DNA from: Candidatus Woesearchaeota archaeon | GTDB taxonomy: Archaea; Nanobdellota; Nanobdellia; Pacearchaeales; GW2011-AR1 | Reading direction: 5' to 3' | NCBI GenBank assembly: GCA_964598185.1 | Contig: CAZRAT010000002.1 | Span: 3,769 to 56,840 of the forward strand | Length of the DNA: 53,072 bases | Part shown: piece after piece, positions 8,268-17,993 of the stretch | Layout: each line of letters begins with the position of its first letter | Position numbering within the stretch: the stretch's first letter is position 1 | The notes under the pieces: model-generated | The model's database searches: none | What the model saw: only the letters and a program-made list of their open reading frames with translations | Told to the model about the DNA's origin: nothing | Position numbers and translations under genes: made by a program

Positions 8268-10154
8268 CTACCTTAATCTCAAAGTTTCTAATCCCCTCGG
8301 AACATTTGTTTCAACTCTGTTTAGTTTGTAAAGTGAAGAAGCCAAGTCTAATGATTTTGAAATTTCGCCGTGGTTGATTATTATTCTTTTTGGTTTTGGT
8401 CTCATGTTATTGAAAAAAGAAATTATCTCGTTTCTTCCAGCGTGAGGAGATAAACCTGTTAACAATTCTATTCTCATATTAACATCAACTGTTCTTTTTC
8501 CATCCTGGTCTTCAATCACAACTGTTCTTTCTCCATCTTGAAGTCTTCTTCCAAGAGAACCAGGTCCTTGATAACAACTCATTATCATTAAATTATTTTC
8601 ATTCTCTGAAAATTCTTTGAAATATTCAACTGATGCTCCGCCTACAAGCATACCTGAAGTTGCGATAACTATGCAAGGCCCGCCTTCTATAACTTCTTTT
8701 CTTTCTTGAGGAGAACCAACTCTCTTGAAAATATCTGATAGGAAGGGATTTTTATCTTGAAAGATTGATGATTTAATCTGACTACTTAAAAAATCAGGAT
8801 AAGCTGTATGAATTGCATTGATGTCCCAAATCATACCGTCGATATACATTGGCACGTTTGGCAGTTCGCCTTGTCTTATTGCTTCTTCAACTCTAAGAAT
8901 TGTTTCTTGCGCATGCCCTAATCCTAATTCTGGGATAAGCACTTTTCCTTTTCTTTCAATTGTATCTTTAACCATTTTAATAAAAGTTGCTTCTGTTTCT
9001 TTTCTTGGAGGAAGAATATCATCTTTTGAACCATAGGTTGATTCTGTAATTACTGACTCAACTCTTGGGAAAGTTGTTATTGCAGGGTCAAGCAACCTTG
9101 TTTTAGAATATTTATAATCTCCAGAATAAAGTAAATTATGTGCTCCGTTTCCTATATTTAGGTGCGCCATTGCACTACCAAGCACATGACCTGCATTATA
9201 AAAAGTTAATCTTATGTCGGGAGTTATATCTGTAACCTCGTTGTAGTTCAAGCAAATACTGTGCTTTACCATGTCCTTAATATGTGTTGAGTCAAACAAT
9301 GGCTGTGCTGCCTGCTTGTAAGCAACGCCAATAAAATCCAAAGATAACAATGCGGCAATATCTCTTGTTGGAGTTGTCATGTATACTGGTCCTTTGTAAC
9401 CCATTTTGTACAAGTAAGGCAAAAGCCCGACGTGGTCAAGGTGCGCGTGGCTTATTATTACTGCGTCAAGTTGTGCTATGTCAAATTCTGGGACATCTAA
9501 AACAGGAAATTTTTCTTGCCCATGTGAAGCAACATCTACTCCACAATCAAGAAGAACTTTTGAATTAGGTGTTTGCAAAAGAATACAGCTTCTTCCAACT
9601 TGCCTTGCCCCTCCTAAAAAAGTCAGTCTAACCCACTCGTTTGTTTTTTCAGGATTCCACTCCTTGTAAATTTTTTGCCCAACTGAATTAAGAAATTTCC
9701 TTCGATAATTATTATTTGCATAAAGCACTTCTCTAATATTCTCAGTTATTTTACTTTTTATTGCAGGAGACCTTTGAATTTGGGGAATCCATAAAGTTTT
9801 TTGTTTTATTTCTTCCAAAATAGAACCTTGCTTTCCTATAACCATTCCTGGTTTTTTTGCTTCTATTACAACTATGCTCCTATGAAAATCAAAAATGACA
9901 TTTGTTATTTCTGCTTCTTCTGGAACAATCTTTTTTATTTCTTGCTCGGTTAGCTCCTGGTCCATAAGAATTTTTTGGTCTGCTCTTAATTCAACTCTTT
10001 TTTTTATTTCGTTAACTATTTCTTTTATTTTTCCTCCATCTTCTTTGAAAAACTTTTCATTATTAGTATAAAGAACTATGTTTGCTCCTTCAAATCCAGC
10101 GTCGGTGATATCTCCATGAAGCTGTTCTATTATATTCTTTAGAATGTCTACCAT
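8268..10154 (-). CDS. aCPSF1 (KH-domain beta-CASP metallo-beta-lactamase ribonuclease)
   Basis: N-terminal KH region (VIGKQGSILEEIKQ), HAHLDHVG motif, 628 aa. Confidence 0.9.
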   Translation of the reverse strand: MVDILKNIIEQLHGDITDAGFEGANIVLYTNNEKFFKEDGGKIKEIVNEIKKRVELRADQKILMDQELTEQEIKKIVPEEAEITNVIFDFHRSIVVIEAKKPGMVIGKQGSILEEIKQKTLWIPQIQRSPAIKSKITENIREVLYANNNYRRKFLNSVGQKIYKEWNPEKTNEWVRLTFLGGARQVGRSCILLQTPNSKVLLDCGVDVASHGQEKFPVLDVPEFDIAQLDAVIISHAHLDHVGLLPYLYKMGYKGPVYMTTPTRDIAALLSLDFIGVAYKQAAQPLFDSTHIKDMVKHSICLNYNEVTDITPDIRLTFYNAGHVLGSAMAHLNIGNGAHNLLYSGDYKYSKTRLLDPAITTFPRVESVITESTYGSKDDILPPRKETEATFIKMVKDTIERKGKVLIPELGLGHAQETILRVEEAIRQGELPNVPMYIDGMIWDINAIHTAYPDFLSSQIKSSIFQDKNPFLSDIFKRVGSPQERKEVIEGGPCIVIATSGMLVGGASVEYFKEFSENENNLMIMSCYQGPGSLGRRLQDGERTVVIEDQDGKRTVDVNMRIELLTGLSPHAGRNEIISFFNNMRPKPKRIIINHGEISKSLDLASSLYKLNRVETNVPRGLETLRLR

Positions 10155-10172
10155 TTTATTTTAAAATTAAAT

Positions 10173-10802
10173 TTATTGGTCCTTATATTCAGGTTTTATT
10201 TCCTGACTAACTACTTTTTTTATTCCCTCTTTTGTTATTGTGAAAACATCTATTCCATCTCCGGATGCAGAATCTCTTTGAATCGAAGATTTTAAAGATT
10301 CTTTTGCAAGTTCAATTCCTTCTTTGATAGACAAACCTTTTTTGTATTGTCTTTCTAATAAACCTAAAACATAAGGCATTCCTGAGCCAATACTTGCAGT
10401 ATATTCTTCAACTTCTTTTAAGAATCCACCAGTTATCTCATATAATCCAACAGTTCCGTCTTCATCAAATCCTGCTAAAATAAATGCGCTATCTGTAACT
10501 TGAATATTTGAAAGTAAGGAGGCAGATTGTTTTATGCTTGGTCTTTTTCTTGATTTTAATTCTTTTAATTTTAATTCTGCAACTAATAATTTAGAAACTT
10601 TCTGGGTTTCTACAGCAGAACCACATCCTGCAAAAACAAGATAATCATTAATTGTTTCTACTTTTCTAGAGTCTTTATGAAAAATTAAACCATGTCCTAG
10701 AGAAGTTCTTCTATCTGCAGCCATCACAACTCCGTCTTTGCAAACAATTCCCAGAATAGTTGTTCCTGTTTTCAAGATTGATTTTTTTAATTCTTCATCC
10801 AT
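10173..10802 (-). CDS. psmB: proteasome beta subunit
   Basis: Propeptide followed by GTTILGIVCKDGVVMAADRR (Thr1 active site). Confidence 0.9.
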   Translation of the reverse strand: MDEELKKSILKTGTTILGIVCKDGVVMAADRRTSLGHGLIFHKDSRKVETINDYLVFAGCGSAVETQKVSKLLVAELKLKELKSRKRPSIKQSASLLSNIQVTDSAFILAGFDEDGTVGLYEITGGFLKEVEEYTASIGSGMPYVLGLLERQYKKGLSIKEGIELAKESLKSSIQRDSASGDGIDVFTITKEGIKKVVSQEIKPEYKDQ

Positions 10803-10912
10803 TTTTAATCAGAATAACCTAATAATTTATTAGAACTTTATGAAAATATTTAGGAAATGGGTTATTTAAAGTTTTTGGTTAGTTTTTTAAATTAAGCTTT
10901 CTAATAAAAATT

Positions 10913-12772
10913 ATGGAGATTCAAGAATTTGAAAAAAATCTTAGAGAAGTTTATGATATTTCAGATAGATATATGTTAGAAACAATGTCTTATTTTTCAG
11001 TAATTAAAAAGGAAAATGAAAAAAAAGCGTTTATTGATGAATTCCTTAAATCTCAAAATTTATCTATAAATAAAGAATCAAGATTTGCGATTGTTAAAAA
11101 ACTAGTTTTTTTGAAAAATGATTCTATTTTACAATTTTTAAAAAAAGAAAAAATTTCTGAAGAAAAAATTTCTGAAATTAAAGAAAATGCTTATCTTTGG
11201 GTAAAAGATTTTTATGAAAAAAATTTTAAAAAAATGATTGAAGAAATTGAAAACAAAAAATTATTAACGCCGTTTTATCTTGAAATTTTAAAAGGAGTCC
11301 ATGATGTTGGAAAAGAAATGAACCTATTTGAGATTTCTTGGAAAAAACAAATTCAAAAAATAAAGAAAGAATTAGAAGAAAAATTTGAAAACCAAGAAAA
11401 GATAATGAATTATTTAAGAGAAAATAACCTTTTAGACAAAGGGCATTATGGTCTTGAAGCAGACAGGTGTTATTCTGTTCTTGTAAGCAAAGAAGGAAAA
11501 TATTTAAGAAAATCTTATTTTGAAGCATTTGAAGAAGTGGAAAAAATTATTCTTGAACTGAAAAAATTCAAAGAGAAATTATTGAATTTAGAAGACAAAA
11601 TTTATCATAAAAAAAAAGAATACCTTGATTATCTTGAATCTTTAATTGTTGCTTTTTCAGAAAAAAATCCAGATAATTTAGTTGAAAAATGGTCAGAGGT
11701 GGATTTTTATTGGATGAAGATTACAACTCCTTTTCAAATTGGGCACCCTCTAGAATATTATGATGATAAATATAGAAAATCTGTTTCAATAGAATGGGAT
11801 TTGAGATTTCAAAATTTTGTTTTGCCTAAAAGTAAAGGAGTTAAAAAAATAAAAAAGATGTATGAACAATTTTTTGAAAAATTTGGAAAAGAAAATTATA
11901 AAGAAATTTATAAAAAATCCACGCAAAATTTAGAAAAAATTCAATTGTATTTATCTAAATATTTTTTATTTTATGGCTCTAATTTGGATGGGCTTTCTTT
12001 AGCACAAGTTGTTCCAAATGATTTAGAAATAAGCAATATTTATGGAAAGAAAATTTTTGGATTTTCAGATACAGCACTTAAACAAGCAAGAGAAACACCT
12101 TTTACAAAGTTAGCTAAAGAAGTTTTTGAAGAAGATTATATTAATGAATCTCGAAAATTTTTATTTAATGAAACAGAAAAATGGCATAAAGTTTATGATT
12201 TAGAAACAATCGGGCATGAATTTGGACATATTCTTTGGATAGATGATGACACTGAAATTTGTATGAACAAAACAGGGAATTTCAAAAATATTGAGGAATT
12301 CAAAGCAACAATGGGAGGATTATTGAGTTTTTTTATTAATGCAGAAGATAAAAATTTAAGAAAAGAATTTTTAAGAAATGTTCTTTCAAGAGCTATTGGA
12401 GTAATTGCTTGGAAAGAAAATGAAGAAACTCGTTCTTATTACTGCGAGGGGTTAATTCATTTAACTGGTTTTTTCGAAAGTGGAATTTTAAGTTTTAATG
12501 GAGAAAAAATTATTTTGGATTTTAATTCAGAAGAAAAATATCAAAAATTGAAAAAATGGCATTTTGAAACTTATGAAAAGTTAGCAAGGCATTATCTTGA
12601 GAAAAAAGATGCTTCTGATTTTTTAAATCAGTATTTAGAATATTTTGAAAAAACTTATGTTCCAAAGAATAAAAAAATTAGAGAAATGGCTGATTTCTTT
12701 TACAAAAAATATCAAGAATTTGGGAATATAATTGACGAGTCGGTTTCTAAAGAAGATTATATTGAAAAATAA
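10913..12772 (+). CDS. putative zinc metallopeptidase (HEXXH)
   Basis: IGHEFGHILW motif with a downstream EEFKATMGG. Family not recognised. Confidence 0.45.
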   Translation: MEIQEFEKNLREVYDISDRYMLETMSYFSVIKKENEKKAFIDEFLKSQNLSINKESRFAIVKKLVFLKNDSILQFLKKEKISEEKISEIKENAYLWVKDFYEKNFKKMIEEIENKKLLTPFYLEILKGVHDVGKEMNLFEISWKKQIQKIKKELEEKFENQEKIMNYLRENNLLDKGHYGLEADRCYSVLVSKEGKYLRKSYFEAFEEVEKIILELKKFKEKLLNLEDKIYHKKKEYLDYLESLIVAFSEKNPDNLVEKWSEVDFYWMKITTPFQIGHPLEYYDDKYRKSVSIEWDLRFQNFVLPKSKGVKKIKKMYEQFFEKFGKENYKEIYKKSTQNLEKIQLYLSKYFLFYGSNLDGLSLAQVVPNDLEISNIYGKKIFGFSDTALKQARETPFTKLAKEVFEEDYINESRKFLFNETEKWHKVYDLETIGHEFGHILWIDDDTEICMNKTGNFKNIEEFKATMGGLLSFFINAEDKNLRKEFLRNVLSRAIGVIAWKENEETRSYYCEGLIHLTGFFESGILSFNGEKIILDFNSEEKYQKLKKWHFETYEKLARHYLEKKDASDFLNQYLEYFEKTYVPKNKKIREMADFFYKKYQEFGNIIDESVSKEDYIEK

Positions 12773-12777
12773 AATTT

Positions 12778-14826
12778 CTATTCCCTCTGACTAATACCAT
12801 TAACTTTCTTAAACCGAATAACATTTTCAACAAAGCTTTCTATTTTTTGCTCGTGGCTCACAATTATTAATTGCTTGACATTTAATTGCTGCAAAACATC
12901 CCGAATTTTATCTAGTTGCTGTTCTGAAAATCCGTCTGTTGGCTCGTCGAGGATTACAATGTCTCTTGTTTTGATTTTGCTCATTAAAGAATTTATTACT
13001 TGATTTAATGCGAGCCTGTATGCAAGAGCGACAGCGGTTCTTTCCCCGCCTGAAAGATAAGCATAGTCAATTTCGTAATCTTGGTATTCTATTATTGGTG
13101 TGAAGTCGTCTGTTAAACTAACGTCAAATGAATCTGAAACTAGCATACAAAACCACTCGTCGAACAATTTTGAGAATTCTGCTTTAAGTTTAATCATTAC
13201 GTTTTTTTCAATAAGAGAAACAAAAGAAGAAAATTCTTTGGAGAGCCAGGTTTCAAGTTCAGTAAGATAATTCAACTGCCTTCTTACTTCCTCGGCTTTT
13301 TTTATTTTTTCTTTTGCCTCCTGTATCTGAGCGGAAAAAACTTCTATTTCCCTTTTCAATTCTGCAACTTTTATTTCTGAACTTCTTTCTTCTCTGAAAG
13401 CATCTTCAAATTGTTTTTGTTTGGAATCAAACAAACTATCAAACCTGCTTAATTCAAAAACAGACTGGTTCAAAATTTCAATATGCTTGTCCAAAATTTC
13501 AACATCTCTTTCAAAAGAAATATTTAAGTTTTTAACTTCGGCTAGCCGTAATTGTTTTTCGGTTATCCCTTGTAATTTTATTTCAATCATTTTTAATTCA
13601 GTGGTTTCTTTTTCTTTAGAATAAATTTCTAAATCAACTATTTTTATTTTTTCAGAAATTTGTTTTTTTCCTGATTCTAATAATTCTAATTTTTCCTTAT
13701 TCTGTGAAAAATCATTATGAATTTTGTTCAAAACATTTGCCCTATAAACAGCCTCAACTTCTTGTAAACATGTAGGGCACACCTCGAGACTTGAAATTTT
13801 TTGTTCTAATTTTCTTGACTCTTCATTTTTTAAGTTTAAAGAATTTATTTGTGAACTAATTAGTAAATTATCTTGATTGAATTTTTCTTTTTCTTGTTTT
13901 TTGAATTTTATTTCATTTTCAAGATTCAAGATTTTTGATTTGTCAAAAAATAATTTGTTCAATTCTTCAATTTGGTTCTCCAACCCCACAACTAACTTTT
14001 TATTTTCTGATAAATTTTCTCTCTTTGCAGAAATCATTAATTTTGTTTTTTCAACTTCTTGTTCAAATTTATTTTTTTCTTCTTTTTTTTCAGAAATCCC
14101 TTTTTTTTCTTCTTCAATTTTTTTCCGGTTTTCTTTTTTTAATAAAAGATCTTCTTCAATAAGCACAAGACTTTTTTGTTTTGATTCAAGTTCATTTTCT
14201 TTTGAAATTATATCTTGCTTATCTAATTCAAGGGCCTCTGTAAAACCCTGTTTTATTCTTTTTTCTTCTCTTATTTTCGAAGCCAAAATTGCCGTATTTT
14301 CCAAAACCGTTTTATATTTATCAATACCAAAAACATGCCTCAAAGTGTTCAACCTTGTTTCGGAATCCTGTAAAATTATTTGTTTCATCTCTTCTTGAGG
14401 AGTGTAAACCGTGAACTTATAAAGGATATTTTGTTTTTTGGAAAATTCTTTTGGGTAATCTAAAAGTTCGAGTATTCTATTTTTCAATTCTGTAACCGAT
14501 AGTTCTTTTTTTTTATTGTCGACGGTGATTGCACAATAATCTTGAGAAATTGATTTTGATGACTTTTTTAAAGTTCTTTCAACAATTACCTTTTTTCCGT
14601 CAACTTCAAATTCCATTATAACCCCTCCTTGTTTTTCTTGATTTCTTAAAAGTAAAGAACCTCTTTGTCCTGGCTGTAATCCAAATAATGCGAATTCTAT
14701 TCCTAATAAAATAGAAGTTTTTCCAGAACCAATATCTCCTGATAATAATGTTGAACCTTCTGTGAATTCTACTTCTTGGTGTTCGTAGCTTCTTATATTA
14801 TTTAATGTGATTTTTTTTAATATCAT
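12778..14826 (-). CDS. rad50: Rad50 ATPase
   Basis: Walker A GDIGSGKTS, long coiled coil with a CPTC zinc hook, signature LSGGER, Walker B IVILDEP. Confidence 0.9.
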   Translation of the reverse strand: MILKKITLNNIRSYEHQEVEFTEGSTLLSGDIGSGKTSILLGIEFALFGLQPGQRGSLLLRNQEKQGGVIMEFEVDGKKVIVERTLKKSSKSISQDYCAITVDNKKKELSVTELKNRILELLDYPKEFSKKQNILYKFTVYTPQEEMKQIILQDSETRLNTLRHVFGIDKYKTVLENTAILASKIREEKRIKQGFTEALELDKQDIISKENELESKQKSLVLIEEDLLLKKENRKKIEEEKKGISEKKEEKNKFEQEVEKTKLMISAKRENLSENKKLVVGLENQIEELNKLFFDKSKILNLENEIKFKKQEKEKFNQDNLLISSQINSLNLKNEESRKLEQKISSLEVCPTCLQEVEAVYRANVLNKIHNDFSQNKEKLELLESGKKQISEKIKIVDLEIYSKEKETTELKMIEIKLQGITEKQLRLAEVKNLNISFERDVEILDKHIEILNQSVFELSRFDSLFDSKQKQFEDAFREERSSEIKVAELKREIEVFSAQIQEAKEKIKKAEEVRRQLNYLTELETWLSKEFSSFVSLIEKNVMIKLKAEFSKLFDEWFCMLVSDSFDVSLTDDFTPIIEYQDYEIDYAYLSGGERTAVALAYRLALNQVINSLMSKIKTRDIVILDEPTDGFSEQQLDKIRDVLQQLNVKQLIIVSHEQKIESFVENVIRFKKVNGISQRE

Positions 14827-15990
14827 TTAAAATTTCAAAATTTTTTTACTTTCTTCTAAAATCCGATTTGTAAAACTCTCTGATGTTTCGCCTTCTTGTT
14901 TTTCAATGGAAAGAGAATCAATTAATTGAGGTATTAATTTATTAAAGTCCGACGGGTTTTGTTCTGAGTAAACTTTTATTGTTTCCTCTTCGATGTTTTC
15001 TGAATCCTTTATCTCTATTTCAAATTCAACTTCTTTTGCTTTCAAATCGTGTGTGTTTCTCAAAATAAAGTATGCATTTTTGGATTTTACAAATTCTTCT
15101 ATCTGTTGAAATTTTATGTCTGAATTTTTACCTGCTTCTAATTCCCCCTTAACCCTGAGAAGAATTATTTTGTCTTCTAAATCTTTCTCGTTTAATTCAG
15201 AAATTATCTTCTCTGTTGCAGTAATAGCATTTTTAATTTCAATGTCCAATAAAACGACTTCCTTAATTTTTAGTTCTATTTTTTGGAGAGGGTTTTGTGA
15301 TTCAGTGTCTACGATGTAGAAACTTCCGTATTTTAAATCTTCAAGTTCCTGAAAATTATTTGGGAAGATTGGACCAGGATAAACAAAATTTTGGTATTGA
15401 AAATCAATATGCAAATGCCCTAATGCGTAGTAATCTGCTTTTGGTAGTAATTCTGTTTCTATGGAATCAATAGGTAATGTTCCTTTTGCTTTGTCAATTG
15501 TTGTATGAAGCATAAAAATCTTGAACATTCCAGGGGCTTCGTTTAATTTTATTTTTCTTAAGTCAGGTATTTCTAAACTTGATTTTTTTCCGGGGTAACC
15601 ATAAAGAGCTATTCCTTCGTGAATTGTCGGGTTTAAGATTATTGAATTTTCTGTTTCCTCAAAGTCAGTTATGTTCTTGCAAAATCCTGCTCGTTCCAAA
15701 ACATCCAAAAAAGTTTTTCCAGAAATAGAGTAGTCGTGCGAACCAGCAATAAGAAAGCAGGGTATTTTTGCTTCTTTTAGTTTTCTAAATTCTGTAAATG
15801 TTTCTTTTAGAATTTCTATTGGAGGATAGGCAGAATCAAATAAATCTCCTGCGATTAAAACAAAATCCAATTTTGAATTTATGCAGGTTTGAATTGCTTT
15901 TCTAAACGACTCAAAATTTAAATCTTGCAATGGCTGTTGCTTCCATCCTCCTAAATGAACATCAGCTATATGTGCAAATCTAACCATCAA
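14827..15990 (-). CDS. mre11: Mre11 nuclease
   Basis: HIADVHLG, GDLFD, GSHD and GHLH phosphoesterase motifs. Abuts rad50. Confidence 0.9.
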   Translation of the reverse strand: MMVRFAHIADVHLGGWKQQPLQDLNFESFRKAIQTCINSKLDFVLIAGDLFDSAYPPIEILKETFTEFRKLKEAKIPCFLIAGSHDYSISGKTFLDVLERAGFCKNITDFEETENSIILNPTIHEGIALYGYPGKKSSLEIPDLRKIKLNEAPGMFKIFMLHTTIDKAKGTLPIDSIETELLPKADYYALGHLHIDFQYQNFVYPGPIFPNNFQELEDLKYGSFYIVDTESQNPLQKIELKIKEVVLLDIEIKNAITATEKIISELNEKDLEDKIILLRVKGELEAGKNSDIKFQQIEEFVKSKNAYFILRNTHDLKAKEVEFEIEIKDSENIEEETIKVYSEQNPSDFNKLIPQLIDSLSIEKQEGETSESFTNRILEESKKILKF

Positions 15991-16067
15991 AATTTTAGAG
16001 AGACGGAATATATAAAGATAATTGTGGTAAATTTAATAGATTGTAACAATTGGATAGTAGTTACAAT

Positions 16068-16082
16068 GGGAAGGTTTAAATA
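16068..16082 (+). promoter_or_regulatory. BRE/TATA promoter (GGGAAGGTTTAAATA)
   Basis: TATA centre ~26 nt upstream of the ATG at 16104. The same 15-mer core occurs at 32851. Confidence 0.55.
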
Positions 16083-16103
16083 GTTTTGATTCTCATGTAA
16101 TTT

Positions 16104-16463
16104 ATGAAAAAACTAAAAATATTGGTTGTAGATGATATGCCAGAAGTTTATCAACGAATAGAAAATTCACTAAACAAAGTTTGTAAACTTGGATATGCTA
16201 ATACGCTGGAAGGAGGGTTGGATGAGATTAGACAAAATTCTTATGATGGTGTTATTACTGATTTTGATTTAAATGGTTTTGATTCAATTGAAATAATAAA
16301 ATCTTCTAAGGATAAAGGATTACCAGTTATTGTTATGAGTAAAGAAAATGTTAAAGAAAAAGTAATGAAAGAAGGGGCAGATAAATTTATATTTAAGAAA
16401 GATTTATTTAAAGAACTTGAAACATGTGAATTAAATTTTTTTAAAAGTTACAATGAAAGATAA
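16104..16463 (+). CDS. stand-alone response-regulator receiver domain (CheY-like)
   Basis: ILVVDD, ITDFDL (phospho-Asp), VIVMS and ADKFIFK pattern. Confidence 0.6.
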   Translation: MKKLKILVVDDMPEVYQRIENSLNKVCKLGYANTLEGGLDEIRQNSYDGVITDFDLNGFDSIEIIKSSKDKGLPVIVMSKENVKEKVMKEGADKFIFKKDLFKELETCELNFFKSYNER

Positions 16464-16869
16464 AAAAGATATGTCAGAAAGGTTAAAGTATTTTAAAGAA
16501 CAACACAATCAACAATCTAATCGTAAAGAGTTTTATTCTGAACAACTTCTTGAAATTAAAAGATTATTGGAATTAAATGAAAAAGAAATAAAATATAATG
16601 AAGGCTGGATAAATTTTCATGCTAATTCAATCGACGATCATAAGAAAAAAATTGAAGAAATATCTGATTTGGATGAGAAGATATATCAAGAAGAAAAATT
16701 AAAATTTCATAAAGAACAAATAGATGAACACCATCAGAAAAATATTGAATACCATAATAAAGAAATAGAATCTTTGAAAAAAGAGATTGAAATATTTGGG
16801 GATGGAATTATGAGGTGTGAAAAACAGATTGAGTTTATCAATAAAAAAATAGAAGAAAATATTATATAA
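16453..16869 (+). CDS. coiled-coil protein, hypothetical
   Basis: K/E/H-rich heptad-like repeats. Overlaps the upstream gene by 11 nt. Confidence 0.4.
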   Translation: MKDKKDMSERLKYFKEQHNQQSNRKEFYSEQLLEIKRLLELNEKEIKYNEGWINFHANSIDDHKKKIEEISDLDEKIYQEEKLKFHKEQIDEHHQKNIEYHNKEIESLKKEIEIFGDGIMRCEKQIEFINKKIEENII

Positions 16870-17494
16870 ATAATTCCAAAACACACAACTTTTCAAAAAA
16901 CAATTTCTCACAACCAATTTCTTTTTCCTTGTAACCTAATTCCTTAAAATTAATTTCTTCTGAAAGTGAACTTGTAATTAAAAATATTTTTCCTTCTTGT
17001 TCGAGGTGATTCTTTGCCTGCTTAAGAAATTCATTTATTATTTCGTTTCCTTTTTTTCCTCCTGTTGTCTGAAGTTTAGAATCTTTTGGTTCTCTTTTAT
17101 CTTCAGGTAGATAAGGAGGGTTGAAAATAATTAAATCATATTTGCGAGGACACCCATGGTTTCCTTCGCTTAACCTTCCTTCTTTGTTCTGGTAAGCGAT
17201 TTCTTTATTGCAATCCGATTGAAATCGCGTATCAAAATTTTCAAAGAGATTAGATTGTGTACAATGAAGTCCAAGAAAATTACATTTGTCAACCGCTTTT
17301 TGATCAATATCTGATGAAAAAATGTTTTCTTTTTTGATTCCAGATTCAAGAGCTGTTTGTAAATTTATTCCTGAACCTACACCTATTTCTAAAAATTTCA
17401 AATCAGGCTTTTTTTCTAATAATTCTGGAAGTTGTTGTTTTAAAATTCTTGACATAAGAAAAGAATCTTCAGAAGGTTGGTAAATTTTAGACAT
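16862..17494 (-). CDS. SAM-dependent methyltransferase, HemK/Mtq2-like (NPPY)
   Basis: LEIGVGSGI (SAM motif I) and IIFNPPYLP. A ~30-aa GC-richer insertion precedes NPPY. Confidence 0.75.
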   Translation of the reverse strand: MSKIYQPSEDSFLMSRILKQQLPELLEKKPDLKFLEIGVGSGINLQTALESGIKKENIFSSDIDQKAVDKCNFLGLHCTQSNLFENFDTRFQSDCNKEIAYQNKEGRLSEGNHGCPRKYDLIIFNPPYLPEDKREPKDSKLQTTGGKKGNEIINEFLKQAKNHLEQEGKIFLITSSLSEEINFKELGYKEKEIGCEKLFFEKLCVLELFI

Positions 17495-17495
17495 T

Positions 17496-17933
17496 TTAGT
17501 TAAAAGAATTATTGAAAAACCCTATTAATTCTTCCTTAAATAAAAAAATGCCAATTAAAATTCCAAGCAAGATAATTAACAAAATGATCAGAAGGATTAC
17601 CATTATTCTATTGAATTTTTTTGGAGCACCATAATTTGAAACTTCTGGAGTAGTTTTTGGTTGTTGGAAATTTTTTTGGGCGCCGTAATTTGAAACTTGT
17701 TGGGTAGTTGTTAGTTGTGGAGGGGGTTTTTGTATAACTTTCTTTACTGGTTTTGCTACGGCAGTTTGTACTTGTGTAACAACTTTTTGAGCATTCATTT
17801 GCTGTAATGCTGCTGCAGCTTCTTCAATATCATTTTTTTTATAACCTGCATTATAAAAAGTCATCATTGCTTTTTTTAGAGTTTCCCCTCTAATTAATGC
17901 TAATCTTAATCCTCCAAGAATATCTTCTCTCAT
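17496..17933 (-). CDS. membrane-anchored protein with VSNYGA(Q/P)KxF repeats, hypothetical
   Basis: Two VSNYGAxKKF repeats and a C-terminal TM helix. Confidence 0.4.
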   Translation of the reverse strand: MREDILGGLRLALIRGETLKKAMMTFYNAGYKKNDIEEAAAALQQMNAQKVVTQVQTAVAKPVKKVIQKPPPQLTTTQQVSNYGAQKNFQQPKTTPEVSNYGAPKKFNRIMVILLIILLIILLGILIGIFLFKEELIGFFNNSFN

Positions 17934-17993
17934 TCAAAATAACCTCCAAAATTTTTTTTAATAAATGGGAAGTTTATATTCACTTTTACCATT

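Noticed and set aside
13421-14398. Plus-strand ORFs 13421..13624, 13877..14398 and 13935..14162 antisense to rad50.
   Set aside because: They are antisense to the Rad50 coiled coil (AAG/GAA-rich). The F/S/L-rich low-complexity translations have no start context.
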